Shown: positions 1 to 9,388 of the stretch, in pieces | Layout: the number at the start of each line of letters is the position of its first letter | How positions within the stretch are numbered: position 1 is the stretch's first letter | Source: Candidatus Babeliales bacterium | GTDB taxonomy: Bacteria; Babelota; Babeliae; Babelales; JANWKD01 | Assembly: GCA_963762115.1 (NCBI GenBank) | Contig: CAVXJH010000006.1 | Location: 1-64,000, forward strand | Direction: 5' to 3' | Length of the DNA: 64,000 bases | Position numbers and translations under genes: made by a program | The notes under the pieces: generated by a model | Databases searched by the model: none | Seen by the model: the letters and a program-made list of their open reading frames with translations, nothing else | Told to the model about the DNA's origin: nothing

Positions 1-106
1 CATTTTTGGGTATATTTAAAAATATTTTTTTGCTTCATAAAAAACCCTTTATTATAAAAATATTACACATAGTAATACAAGTATAATAAAATGAGTTTCA
101 AAAAAT

Positions 107-1518
107 CTATACTTTATTATTTTTTATAATGCCAGGCGGATTCCACGTACCATTGAGAACAGATTTTTCTGGCCAATATAAACGCATAGTCACATTAAAA
201 ATATCATTTGGCACCGGCAACCAATTACTTTCTTTATCTTTACCAGGACTTTTATATTGAAAATAGATATCTAATGAACCATCTTTATGAAAGGTAAGTA
301 CATCACGATCACCAAGCGCATATCGATGTAAAGTATTGGGAACAAGAAAACTTTTATCATTGTATAAAGTAACTGACCAAAAAGCCCTTGCCGGAGGCAA
401 TTGATCAGCATTAAAATGAAGTACATAATTATTATGCCCATCAAGTTGATTTCCATCTCGATCAAGAAACGCCGTTGGATAAACGGCATCTTCTGGTAAA
501 TTGGCACCGAACCCTATAAAAGCAACAACTGCACGTTTTAAATAATCAGCACCATATGACCCAATATCATACACAAGATTCCAGCCATCCTTAATTGTTC
601 CTAATTTTTTTGATGCTTGCACAATTTCTTTTTGTGCCTCTTTTAAACTATACTGCAAACATGCCTTAGTCTTTTCAGGCAAGGCATTATAATCAAAATC
701 TTTGCCAGGCATAATACCAATATTTGTTAATTTTTTTACCATTTGCTCATCATGAGGGAATGGTAAATTTTTTTTAAAGCTTCTGCAAAAGTTGAATAAA
801 AAGTTTTAGCATCCATTGCAGCAACTTGGTCAACGGGAGGTGTTGTTATATCAATTATTGAATCAAACAATGTTGTATGCCGCTGAATCGACTTTTTTTG
901 CCATTGACTCAAAAGGGTAAGTTGATACTTATTTTGAATTTTCTGAGCTTGTGCATAGTCAGTCTTTCCATTAGTAAGCGTTCTACCCAAGATCCAAACA
1001 ATATTGGTTGGCGCTACTATCTTGTGCATACCTTGAGGAATATCACCCTTCCATGAAGGACCAACTATGATAAAATGTTGTTTTTTTGTTCCTGTTGTAC
1101 GTTTGCCCACTGATGAAAAAACATTTGTCCAAGCATCCATTATCTCTAGCACATAATATCGCCCGCAGGTATCTGGTACCGTAAGAATAATTGGTTCTTT
1201 TTCCAGATCAAGCCAAGCAGAAGAATATAATGTGTCAATATTAGGACGCACAATATAATTAAAGGTCGCTTCACGTAAAAAAGGCACATGAGCAAATTGA
1301 TTTATTGGTGCTTGGGGTTTCATGACATTATGATTTTTTTGCGAATAACTATTTGTTGTTACTCTTTTTGTAATATCACCAAGCACTAAAGGATATGCAT
1401 AAATATAGACTTGTTTGCCCATTTCAATCAGTTCTGGCGAACAATCAGATAGACACAAAGAAAATTTTGATGAGAAAATTAATACACAACACAATTTTAT
1501 TAATTGTTGTTTTTTCAT
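107..1518 (-). pseudogene. DUF1254/DUF1214 family secreted protein, split by a frameshift
   Basis: ORF 736-1518 has a signal peptide and DUF1254 motifs (YIYAYPLV, RPNIDTLYSSAWLDL). ORF 107-742 has DUF1214 motifs (GANLPEDAVYP, FWSVTLY, MRLYWP). One extra A in the A8 run (T8 at 768-775 on +) fuses them as ...EALKKNLPFPHDEQMVKKL... Confidence 0.85.
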
Positions 1519-1626
1519 ATCAAAAATCCTATAAAAAAATTAATTATTTATGTTACATAATACTATACCTACTTTATACAATAATTATTTTATGAAGCAA
1601 TCATCCATTTTATATAGGGAAAAATA

Positions 1627-2646
1627 ATGAATAAATGGCTTGAAAAACTCTCAGATGATTTAAAGAAAAAATTAAAGAAAAAAACTATGCCCTCATTTGA
1701 AAAACCAATGCTTGCAACACTTACAAAAAATTATTTTTCTGATAAAAATTGGATTTTTGAAAGAAAATTCGATGGAGAACGTTGCTTTATTTATAAAGAT
1801 CATGACACGGTGTTTTTAAAATCAAGAAACAATAAAAAATTAGATGCAAGCTACCCTGAACTCATTGATAGCGCAAAAAAATTTAAGGTAAATCAGATAA
1901 TTCTCGATGGAGAAGTTGTTACTTTTGAAGGAAAATTAACAAGCTTTGCAAAATTACAACCAAGATTAGGTCTTAAAAACCCAGAACAAGCATTAGAAAC
2001 TGGTGTTACAATTTATATGTATGTGTTTGATATCTTATATCTTGATGGCTATGAACTCTTAGATTTACCCCTAGAAAATCGAAAATCAATTTTAAAAAAT
2101 TGTATTAAATTTGAAGGCCCCATCCGCTATACCACTCATAAAAATACTTATGGACTAGAATATTTCAAACAAGTTTGTCCTTTAGGATGGGAAGGCATTA
2201 TGGCCAAAAAAAGGGATAGTAACTATGTTCATATACGATCTCCCAACTGGCTAAAATTTAAGTGCATTCAAGATCAAGAATTAGTTATTGGTGGCTACAC
2301 TGAACCTAAACAATCTCGAATTGGGTTTGGATCATTATTGCTTGGCTATTACAAAGAAGGAAAATTAATATATGCAGGAAAAGTGGGAACAGGTTTTTCA
2401 GATGATTTTTTAAAAAAGTTTAGTAAAGAATTAAAAAAAATAGAAATAACTAAAAATTGTTTTTCATCAAAGTCTATGGAAGGTGATGATGTACATTTTG
2501 TAAAACCAAAATATGTCGCCGCCATAGGATTTGAAAATTGGACCAAAGACAATAAACTCAGACAACCACGCTTTCAAGGATTACGCTATGATAAAAATGC
2601 AAAAGATGTTGTAAAAGAAGTACCCAAAAAAGTCAGGAAGGCTTAA
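1627..2646 (+). CDS. ATP-dependent DNA ligase (LigD/LigC-type ligase domain only)
   Basis: Nucleotidyltransferase motifs ERKFDGER, LDGEVV, YVFDIL, EGIMAK, WLKFK, and OB domain GKVGTGF ... LRQPRFQGLRYDK. No polymerase or phosphoesterase domain. Confidence 0.92.
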   Translation: MNKWLEKLSDDLKKKLKKKTMPSFEKPMLATLTKNYFSDKNWIFERKFDGERCFIYKDHDTVFLKSRNNKKLDASYPELIDSAKKFKVNQIILDGEVVTFEGKLTSFAKLQPRLGLKNPEQALETGVTIYMYVFDILYLDGYELLDLPLENRKSILKNCIKFEGPIRYTTHKNTYGLEYFKQVCPLGWEGIMAKKRDSNYVHIRSPNWLKFKCIQDQELVIGGYTEPKQSRIGFGSLLLGYYKEGKLIYAGKVGTGFSDDFLKKFSKELKKIEITKNCFSSKSMEGDDVHFVKPKYVAAIGFENWTKDNKLRQPRFQGLRYDKNAKDVVKEVPKKVRKA

Positions 2647-2657
2647 TAAAAATACCA

Positions 2658-3437
2658 TTAAACATCATTAGACTTAACCAGTTTTTTATTTTTTACAGCA
2701 TTAGAAATTATGTCATCTTCAAGTACATCTAATACTGATAATGTTTTAAATGTATTCCAACTTGTACGAATAATTGGTGGAGGATTATAGCGATGTTGCC
2801 AAACAAATTGACGAGTTTTAGGATCAGCAGGACTTCCACTACCAAAATCGCCATATTTTTTTTTATATTTCTTATATTGTGCGTCTGATGATGTTTTTGC
2901 CACTATTGATGCTGCTCCAACAATGACATGATTTTCATCAGCATAATGCTCAGGAATTAATTGTATAGATTCAATTTTTTTCTTATTAACGTTAAAACCT
3001 TTTTTTAAAAGCAATTCTTTGAATGATTTATCAGTAAGAACGATCAATCTTTCTCTAAATCGTTTTTCACTAACTTCCCAATTATCAATATAAACTTTAT
3101 TAAATACAATTTTTCTTTGTAATTTTTTGATAATAGATAAAACGGTCAGCATTTCCCAATCATTTAAATTTAAACTTTTATCATCAATCATTGATGGTGT
3201 AATTTCCATTATTACAATACCTAAGGCAGTTTCTTTGATAATTTTTGCCAAAGCTTCTCTTTTTTTGGGCGCAATAAGCTTACTATCTTTAACCCCTAAA
3301 ATTTTCCAATTATCAATTATGCTTTGATTGGCCGCAACACCAACAATAAAAATACTGCCTATACAGGGACACTTGGTTGTATCATCAATGCCTGCTATTG
3401 TTTCTTCTTTATATTCTAACATCAAAAGATCCCCCAC
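2658..3437 (-). CDS. divergent archaeal/eukaryotic-type ribonuclease HII-like protein
   Basis: GIDD..., GVKDSKL, VYID, EHYAD..HVIVGAASIVAK, YGDFGSGSPADPKT, IIRTSW match the archaeal RNase HII layout. Confidence 0.85.
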   Translation of the reverse strand: MGDLLMLEYKEETIAGIDDTTKCPCIGSIFIVGVAANQSIIDNWKILGVKDSKLIAPKKREALAKIIKETALGIVIMEITPSMIDDKSLNLNDWEMLTVLSIIKKLQRKIVFNKVYIDNWEVSEKRFRERLIVLTDKSFKELLLKKGFNVNKKKIESIQLIPEHYADENHVIVGAASIVAKTSSDAQYKKYKKKYGDFGSGSPADPKTRQFVWQHRYNPPPIIRTSWNTFKTLSVLDVLEDDIISNAVKNKKLVKSNDV

Positions 3438-3508
3438 TTACCTAGTTTAATAATTCAATTATAAATCTTTTTGAAAAAAAGTAAATCTATTTCTGGGCTA
3501 AATTGTTT

Positions 3509-4342
3509 CTATTTTTGATCCTTTGGACAATAATAGGTAGATCGTCCTGCTATGGTTACTTTTTTTAGCTGATGCTTACTATTTTTTGGGCATACCATAT
3601 CAATATGTCTATGAGCCTGCAAGTAAGAAGATTTAAAGGTTGCTTTATCATTCTTGGATAAAAAATTTTGGTTTGGAAATTTTTTTATATCATTAATGCG
3701 TAATTTTATGGCATATTTTAATATTTTTTGCATTTGTGAATATATGGTTGTAACTTCATTTTCTGAAAGTTCTTTAAGAGAATGATGGGGATCTATCCCT
3801 GCTTGAAATAAAATTTCATCAGAGTATTCATTCCCAAGCCCTGCAATAATAAATTGATCCATTAAAAAAGATTTAATATTTTTTTTCTTATATTTTTCTG
3901 TAAGTGCAAAAAAGTTTTTTTTTGAAATAGTTAATGCATCAAAGCCAAGAACATTTAATTCTTTTATTTCATTAATATTTTTTAATAACCAAATCTTTCC
4001 AAATTTTCTCAAACTAATCCAATGTAAAATCGAATTATCTTTAAAAATAAAATTCACCAATGAATGATTAACTTTTTCATTACTATCATTTGAATACACT
4101 AAAAATCCTGTTAAACCAAAATGCATAACTAAAATAGTTGTTTCAGAAATAGTAATTATAAGAAACTTTCCTTTCCTTTCAACAGAGGTGAAGGCATCAT
4201 GTATAAGTTTTTTTTTAAATTGTATAAAGGTGATACCTTTTATTACTTTTGTATCAGAAGCCTCTATATCACCTATTTTTTTATGAATACAATGAGATTG
4301 TACCAAATATTTAAATGCTTCAAGCTCTGGAATTTCTGGCAT
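3509..4342 (-). CDS. mutM: Fpg/Nei family DNA glycosylase/AP lyase
   Basis: N-terminal MPEIPE, RKGKFL, HFGLTG, H2TH motif LMDQFIIAGLGNEYSDEILF, C-terminal GRSTYYCPKDQ. Confidence 0.9.
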   Translation of the reverse strand: MPEIPELEAFKYLVQSHCIHKKIGDIEASDTKVIKGITFIQFKKKLIHDAFTSVERKGKFLIITISETTILVMHFGLTGFLVYSNDSNEKVNHSLVNFIFKDNSILHWISLRKFGKIWLLKNINEIKELNVLGFDALTISKKNFFALTEKYKKKNIKSFLMDQFIIAGLGNEYSDEILFQAGIDPHHSLKELSENEVTTIYSQMQKILKYAIKLRINDIKKFPNQNFLSKNDKATFKSSYLQAHRHIDMVCPKNSKHQLKKVTIAGRSTYYCPKDQK

Positions 4343-4452
4343 CTATTTATTCCTTTTTTTATATTTCTATTTCTAACCCATCATAGCCAACTATAACCCC
4401 CTATGCCCCTTTAAAAAACGATTATCCTTAATCAAGGTCCAATAAAAAAAAA

Positions 4453-5103
4453 TTATTTCATCATAAAAAATTGTATAAACCATTCTAATGCAATTTTAGA
4501 AACTTCTTCTAAACTACCTTTTTCTTCAAAAAGATGTGTTGCATGTGGAATTATAACTAACTTCTTTGTACATACTAAATTCGCATAAGCTAATTCATTA
4601 AGTTTAATAACTTCATAATCTAATTGACCAACTAATAATAATGTTGCTGCTTGTACTTTTTTTAAATACTCACCAGCTAAATCAGGCCTCCCTCCACGAG
4701 AAACAACTGCTTCAATGCATTGAGGCAGTTTTGCTGCAGCAATTAATGCCGCTGCAGCACCCGTACTGGCACCAAAATAACCTAACTTTAACATCTTAGT
4801 ATCTTGATGTGATTTTAACCATTCTGTAACCACCATGAGTCGATCTGATAGTAATGGAATATCAAACCTAAATTGTCTAGTAATCTGATCAACTACTTCC
4901 TCTTCTTGAGTAAGTAAATCAAATAAAAGAGTTGATATACCGCCAAGATTCAAAAAGTCAGCAACAAAAATATTCCTTTTGCTCAACCTGCTGCTCCCAC
5001 TCCCATGAGCAAAAACTACAAGGCCTTTTGCATTATCAACTAACCTCAATGTTCCATGAATCGATGAATCAGTAATAGGAATTGAAACTTCTAAATTTCT
5101 CAT
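4453..5103 (-). CDS. dienelactone hydrolase family alpha/beta hydrolase
   Basis: FAHGSGSSRLS, GYFGASTGAAAAL, VSRGGRPDLA, HLFEE. Start placed at ATG 5103 after an AGAGGAG RBS. Confidence 0.88.
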   Translation of the reverse strand: MRNLEVSIPITDSSIHGTLRLVDNAKGLVVFAHGSGSSRLSKRNIFVADFLNLGGISTLLFDLLTQEEEVVDQITRQFRFDIPLLSDRLMVVTEWLKSHQDTKMLKLGYFGASTGAAAALIAAAKLPQCIEAVVSRGGRPDLAGEYLKKVQAATLLLVGQLDYEVIKLNELAYANLVCTKKLVIIPHATHLFEEKGSLEEVSKIALEWFIQFFMMK

Positions 5104-5196
5104 AAAAAAACTCCTCTTAATATATTGCATTTAATGAACAAACAACTTTATAGTTTTATTATGTATAAAAACAATACCTTAAAAAAAGAGTTTTTT

Positions 5197-6504
5197 ATGA
5201 CGTATGAACCACAAGTAATTACTAAAATTCAACGAGCAGCTCTCTACTTAGATGAAACTGCAATTACTACTCTTTTGGATAACATTGGCGATGCTAACAT
5301 TGTCCTTTTAGGCGAAGCAACACATGGAACTCATGAATTTTATGAACTACGTTCTGAAATTAGCAAAAGACTCATTCTTGAGAAAAACTTCACCACAATC
5401 ACCATTGAAGGCGACTGGCCAGATGCTTATGCTGTTAATGCATACATACAAAATAATGCCTATAATAATGCACAAGAAGCTCTACAATCATTTGATCGAT
5501 TTCCAACATGGATGTGGCAAAATATTCCTATGCTAGAACTTGTTGAATGGCTTAAAAAATATAACCAGCAAAAAAATAATTCTATTTATTTTTATGGTCT
5601 CGATTTATATAGTCTTTATAAATCAATTGATGCCATCATTACTACCCTTACAAAAATTAATCCTGAAGTAGCAAAAAAAGTAAAAACAAATTATTCATGT
5701 TTAGAATTATTTCGTGACAATCCACAAGCATATGGTTATTATCTTTTTTCTCAATTAACAAAATCATGTCAAAAAGAAGTTATTGAAGCATTAAAAAATA
5801 TTGAAACAATAGAATGGGAAAAATTAAAAAATAAAATCTCATCAAAAGATGAATTTTTTATTATGCAAAATGAACGCGTTGTAAAAAATTCTGAAAATTA
5901 TTATCGATCACTCTTTATCAATGAGATTAATAATTGGAACTTGCGTGATACTCACATGATGGAAACAATAAAAGAAATTATTAAGCATCATAAAAAAAAT
6001 GGCATTAAAAATCCAAAAATTATTATTTGGGCTCATAATTCTCATATTGGTAATTCTGCTGCAACACAAATGAGTGCTCAAGGAGAATTCAATATCGGAC
6101 ATTTAATAAAAGAAAAATTTGGAAAACAGGCATATAGCGTAGGTTTTACCACCTATCAAGGAACTGTTTCTGCAGCTCCTGAATGGCATATGCCAGTCGA
6201 ACGAAAAAATATTAGGACTGCGTTAGTTAACAGCTATGAAGATCTGTTTCATACCGTGGGCATCTCAAAATTTTTATTATCATTAGAAGATAAAGATATC
6301 GTGCCAAAACAGTTACTTGAACGTGCTATCGGCGTTATTTATGCACCCCTTACAGAAAGACAAAGTCATTATTTTTATGCATCACTCGCCTATCAATTTG
6401 ATGCTGTAATTCACTTTGATACCACTTCAGCATTAGAACCGCTTGAAAAAACTACTCAATGGATCGAAGGAGAAGTCCCTGAAACATACCCTTCTGGATT
6501 ATAA
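5197..6504 (+). CDS. erythromycin esterase family protein
   Basis: LLGEATHGTHEFY, IEGDWPDA, FPTWMW, GLDLYS, WNLRDTHM, WAHNSHIG, C-terminal PETYPSGL. Confidence 0.9.
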   Translation: MTYEPQVITKIQRAALYLDETAITTLLDNIGDANIVLLGEATHGTHEFYELRSEISKRLILEKNFTTITIEGDWPDAYAVNAYIQNNAYNNAQEALQSFDRFPTWMWQNIPMLELVEWLKKYNQQKNNSIYFYGLDLYSLYKSIDAIITTLTKINPEVAKKVKTNYSCLELFRDNPQAYGYYLFSQLTKSCQKEVIEALKNIETIEWEKLKNKISSKDEFFIMQNERVVKNSENYYRSLFINEINNWNLRDTHMMETIKEIIKHHKKNGIKNPKIIIWAHNSHIGNSAATQMSAQGEFNIGHLIKEKFGKQAYSVGFTTYQGTVSAAPEWHMPVERKNIRTALVNSYEDLFHTVGISKFLLSLEDKDIVPKQLLERAIGVIYAPLTERQSHYFYASLAYQFDAVIHFDTTSALEPLEKTTQWIEGEVPETYPSGL

Positions 6505-6511
6505 AATGTAT

Positions 6512-7363
6512 TTATGAGGTAACTAATAAGGTCTCAATAAACTTACTTATATCATACACTTCAATCTTACCCCTTGAGCATTGATCAAGGGTATTAGTAA
6601 CATAAATTTTTGTTAAAGGACTTTCTTGTAATTTTTCACAGGCACCTGCAGTAAATATGCCATGGGTTGCTGCTGCAGCAACCTCTGTTGCACCTAATTG
6701 CTTTAATGCTTTGCATGCTTCAATAATAGTATTACCCGTAGAAATAATGTCATCTATTAAAATAACTTTTTTTCCTGACACAGTTCCATCAATAGATTCT
6801 ATTCTCACTTTTTCATGTTCTGGTCTTACTTTATGCAAAAAAACTATTTCTTTATTACATGCTTGAGCGACCTGCTGGGCAAATTCAAATGCCCCTTTAT
6901 CTGGAGCAGCAATAACATCATAATTTTTTGCAGCTGAACAAAAAAAATCTAAATCAATACAATTTTTAAAGTTCAGCAATGAATGTAAAGTAAGTGCTGC
7001 ATGTGCATGTATAATATAAAAAGTATTAATCGAAAAAGTATTTAAGATATGACAAATAAATTGTGCACTACCAGCTTCTCCTGATAATGGCATGATTTGT
7101 CTTGCATAACCAAAATAAGTAATAAAAAGATTAATTTTTTGAGCACCGGCTCTTCTTAATGCATCTAATAAAAAAAATAATTCAAGCAAATTATCTGCCG
7201 GAGATTGTGTAGATGCAACTACCCAAATTTCCTTTTGCTGCACATCTTGATCAACCTTAATATAAATTTCACCATCACTAAATTTTTTATTACTATATCC
7301 AACATGCGATAGATTAATTTTTTCAGAAAATTGTTCGGCAGAATTGGTATAAAAAATCTTCAT
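6512..7363 (-). CDS. prs: ribose-phosphate pyrophosphokinase
   Basis: FSDGEIYI, YFGYARQ, APDKGA, LIDDIISTGNT, ATHGIF, VTNT. Confidence 0.9.
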   Translation of the reverse strand: MKIFYTNSAEQFSEKINLSHVGYSNKKFSDGEIYIKVDQDVQQKEIWVVASTQSPADNLLELFFLLDALRRAGAQKINLFITYFGYARQIMPLSGEAGSAQFICHILNTFSINTFYIIHAHAALTLHSLLNFKNCIDLDFFCSAAKNYDVIAAPDKGAFEFAQQVAQACNKEIVFLHKVRPEHEKVRIESIDGTVSGKKVILIDDIISTGNTIIEACKALKQLGATEVAAAATHGIFTAGACEKLQESPLTKIYVTNTLDQCSRGKIEVYDISKFIETLLVTS

Positions 7364-8001
7364 GTATTGGCATCTCGCAATAATTTTATAGCTTGAGCAT
7401 CATCAACTTGCTCAAAATTTCTATAAAATTGACTCACACTATAAAAAACATCGGGAACTTCTACACAGACAACTTCATCAGCACATTCTTTAATTTTTTG
7501 TAATGCTTCTTTTGATGCAACGGGTAATGCTACAACAATTTTTTTAGGATTGTACTCTTTTACTAATGCTAAAGTAATTAATAAAGTATTTCCCGTTGCA
7601 ACCCCATCATCAACAATAATGACAATCTTATCTTGCAAAGAAAATGGCGGCATATTTTTTCGATACGTTTCATTACGCTCTTTAATTATCTTGCGTATTG
7701 TAGCAACCTCATGAGCTATATATTCTTGAAGTTCTGGCCTATTTTTAAAATTACTATCCAAAAAAATATGCTTCTCACTGGCTGCTCCAATTGCATATTC
7801 AGGATTTGATGGAAAACCAATTTTTTTAGTAAAAATCACATCTAAGGGAAGACACAATTTTTTTGCAAGCACATACCCAAGCTCAAGTCCACCTCTCGGT
7901 ATTGCAACTATGATTGCATCAGGATTATTTTTGTACTTTTCTAAAAGTGGTAGCAATTGATCTGCTGCATCATAACGTGTTTGAAACATATGAATACCCA
8001 T
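7360..8001 (-). CDS. phosphoribosyltransferase family protein
   Basis: AIPRGG, NPEYAIGA, PRPP-binding loop IVDDGVATGNT, VSQFYRNFEQV. Overlaps the prs start by 4 bp. Confidence 0.9.
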   Translation of the reverse strand: MGIHMFQTRYDAADQLLPLLEKYKNNPDAIIVAIPRGGLELGYVLAKKLCLPLDVIFTKKIGFPSNPEYAIGAASEKHIFLDSNFKNRPELQEYIAHEVATIRKIIKERNETYRKNMPPFSLQDKIVIIVDDGVATGNTLLITLALVKEYNPKKIVVALPVASKEALQKIKECADEVVCVEVPDVFYSVSQFYRNFEQVDDAQAIKLLRDANT

Positions 8002-8083
8002 CTTAAAAGTATTTTATTTTTTATTGCTTACATCAATGCTATTCTTTTACTTTGATATAAATCAATGTTTTTTAATTACCTGA

Positions 8084-8132
8084 ACAAAATAAATAATAAA
8101 ATACAAAATAAATAATAAAATACAAAATAAAT
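8084..8132. repeat. 19-bp tandem repeat (~2.6 copies) just upstream of msrB
   Basis: ACAAAATAAATAATAAAAT x2 followed by ACAAAATAAAT. Confidence 0.9.
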
Positions 8133-8140
8133 GAGTAATC

Positions 8141-8590
8141 ATGAAATTCAAAAAATTCTCTCAAGAACAATTAAAACAACAATTAACCCCGCTACAATAC
8201 AAAGTCACTCAAGAAAATGCAACTGAACCACCTTTTGCTAATGAATATGTTAACAATAAAAAATCGGGTATTTATGTTGATATTGTTTCTGGAGAACCAC
8301 TTTTTAGTTCGTTGGATAAATATGATTCTGGTTGTGGTTGGCCAAGCTTCACACAACCTCTTGAGGCAATGAATGTGCTTGAAAAAAATGATGCTAGCCT
8401 TGGCATAATGCGTACGGAAATTCGCAGCGCTCACGGCGATTCACACTTAGGGCATGTTTTTCCTGATGGACCCTTACCCAATGGCTTACGATATTGCTTA
8501 AACTCTGCCGCATTACGCTTTATTCCCCTTGAAGATCTTGAAAAAGAAGGATATGAAAAATATATAAAGTTATTTACCACATCAAATTAA
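8141..8590 (+). CDS. msrB: peptide-methionine (R)-S-oxide reductase
   Basis: [41 protein letters not shown]. Confidence 0.96.
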   Translation: MKFKKFSQEQLKQQLTPLQYKVTQENATEPPFANEYVNNKKSGIYVDIVSGEPLFSSLDKYDSGCGWPSFTQPLEAMNVLEKNDASLGIMRTEIRSAHGDSHLGHVFPDGPLPNGLRYCLNSAALRFIPLEDLEKEGYEKYIKLFTTSN

Positions 8591-8619
8591 AAAGGCAATT
8601 TAGGGAAAAAAGATGCTCT

Positions 8620-9219
8620 TTACTTTTTGCGTTCTAAAACAGCTTTATAATCAGCAGCACGTGGCCAACGTCTTGGATTAAGCGCTTCTAATGCATTGAT
8701 TTTTTGCTCAATAGTCACAATATCACCAGCAGTTAATACACTTTCTGATAATAAAGTATTTAACTCATCACGAGCGTTATTAATTTGCTCCCTATTATCA
8801 CCACCTTTATGATGACCACGTCGCCCTTTACCATGGTGATGACCACGACGATGAGGGCCACGGTGACGACCTTGAATTGCTTCCGGTGCTGGGACTGCAA
8901 GACCCGTTTTTATTAAGAGCTGTGCAAAATCTGATTTTACTTTTTGATTATGATGATGACGAACACCATGACCATGCCGATGATGAGCTCCTTTTAATCT
9001 TCCATGCCTTCCCTTACCCCAACGACGCGGACAAATTCCTCCCGGACATTGCCTTTGCACCCCCACACCTTGCGCAGCGGGTTGCAATCTATTTTCTAAA
9101 ACCGTTAAATCTTCTTGTAAATCCACTAAAGCATTTTGTAAATCTGATTGCTGCATTGCATACACAAAACTAAAAGTTCCTAAAAAAAATAAAACGAGAA
9201 TTTTACCTGAATTGTTCAT
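8620..9219 (-). CDS. hypothetical secreted His/Arg/Gly-rich protein
   Basis: Signal peptide ending VYA|MQQ, an AAAAGGAGA RBS, and two H/R/G-rich tracts. Confidence 0.75.
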   Translation of the reverse strand: MNNSGKILVLFFLGTFSFVYAMQQSDLQNALVDLQEDLTVLENRLQPAAQGVGVQRQCPGGICPRRWGKGRHGRLKGAHHRHGHGVRHHHNQKVKSDFAQLLIKTGLAVPAPEAIQGRHRGPHRRGHHHGKGRRGHHKGGDNREQINNARDELNTLLSESVLTAGDIVTIEQKINALEALNPRRWPRAADYKAVLERKK

Positions 9220-9388
9220 TATTGTCTCCTTTTCAACCTTAACGCCTCTACAACTCTAAAGAAAAAAGTAAGGTAAAAGCAATAATAAAAGGACGTTATT
9301 TTAAATTTTAAAATAAATCACTGTGCATCCCGGTTCTGAGTATAGTGACCCCTTTGTCAAGACACGAAACTAAATAAATTCTGAGAAT

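Noticed and set aside
1..38. Start of a minus-strand ORF running off the left edge
   Set aside because: Only ~12 codons visible; cannot be characterised.
5197..6504. Macrolide resistance gene (ere)
   Set aside because: Family membership only; it resembles the widespread PRTase-associated homologs, and resistance cannot be inferred.
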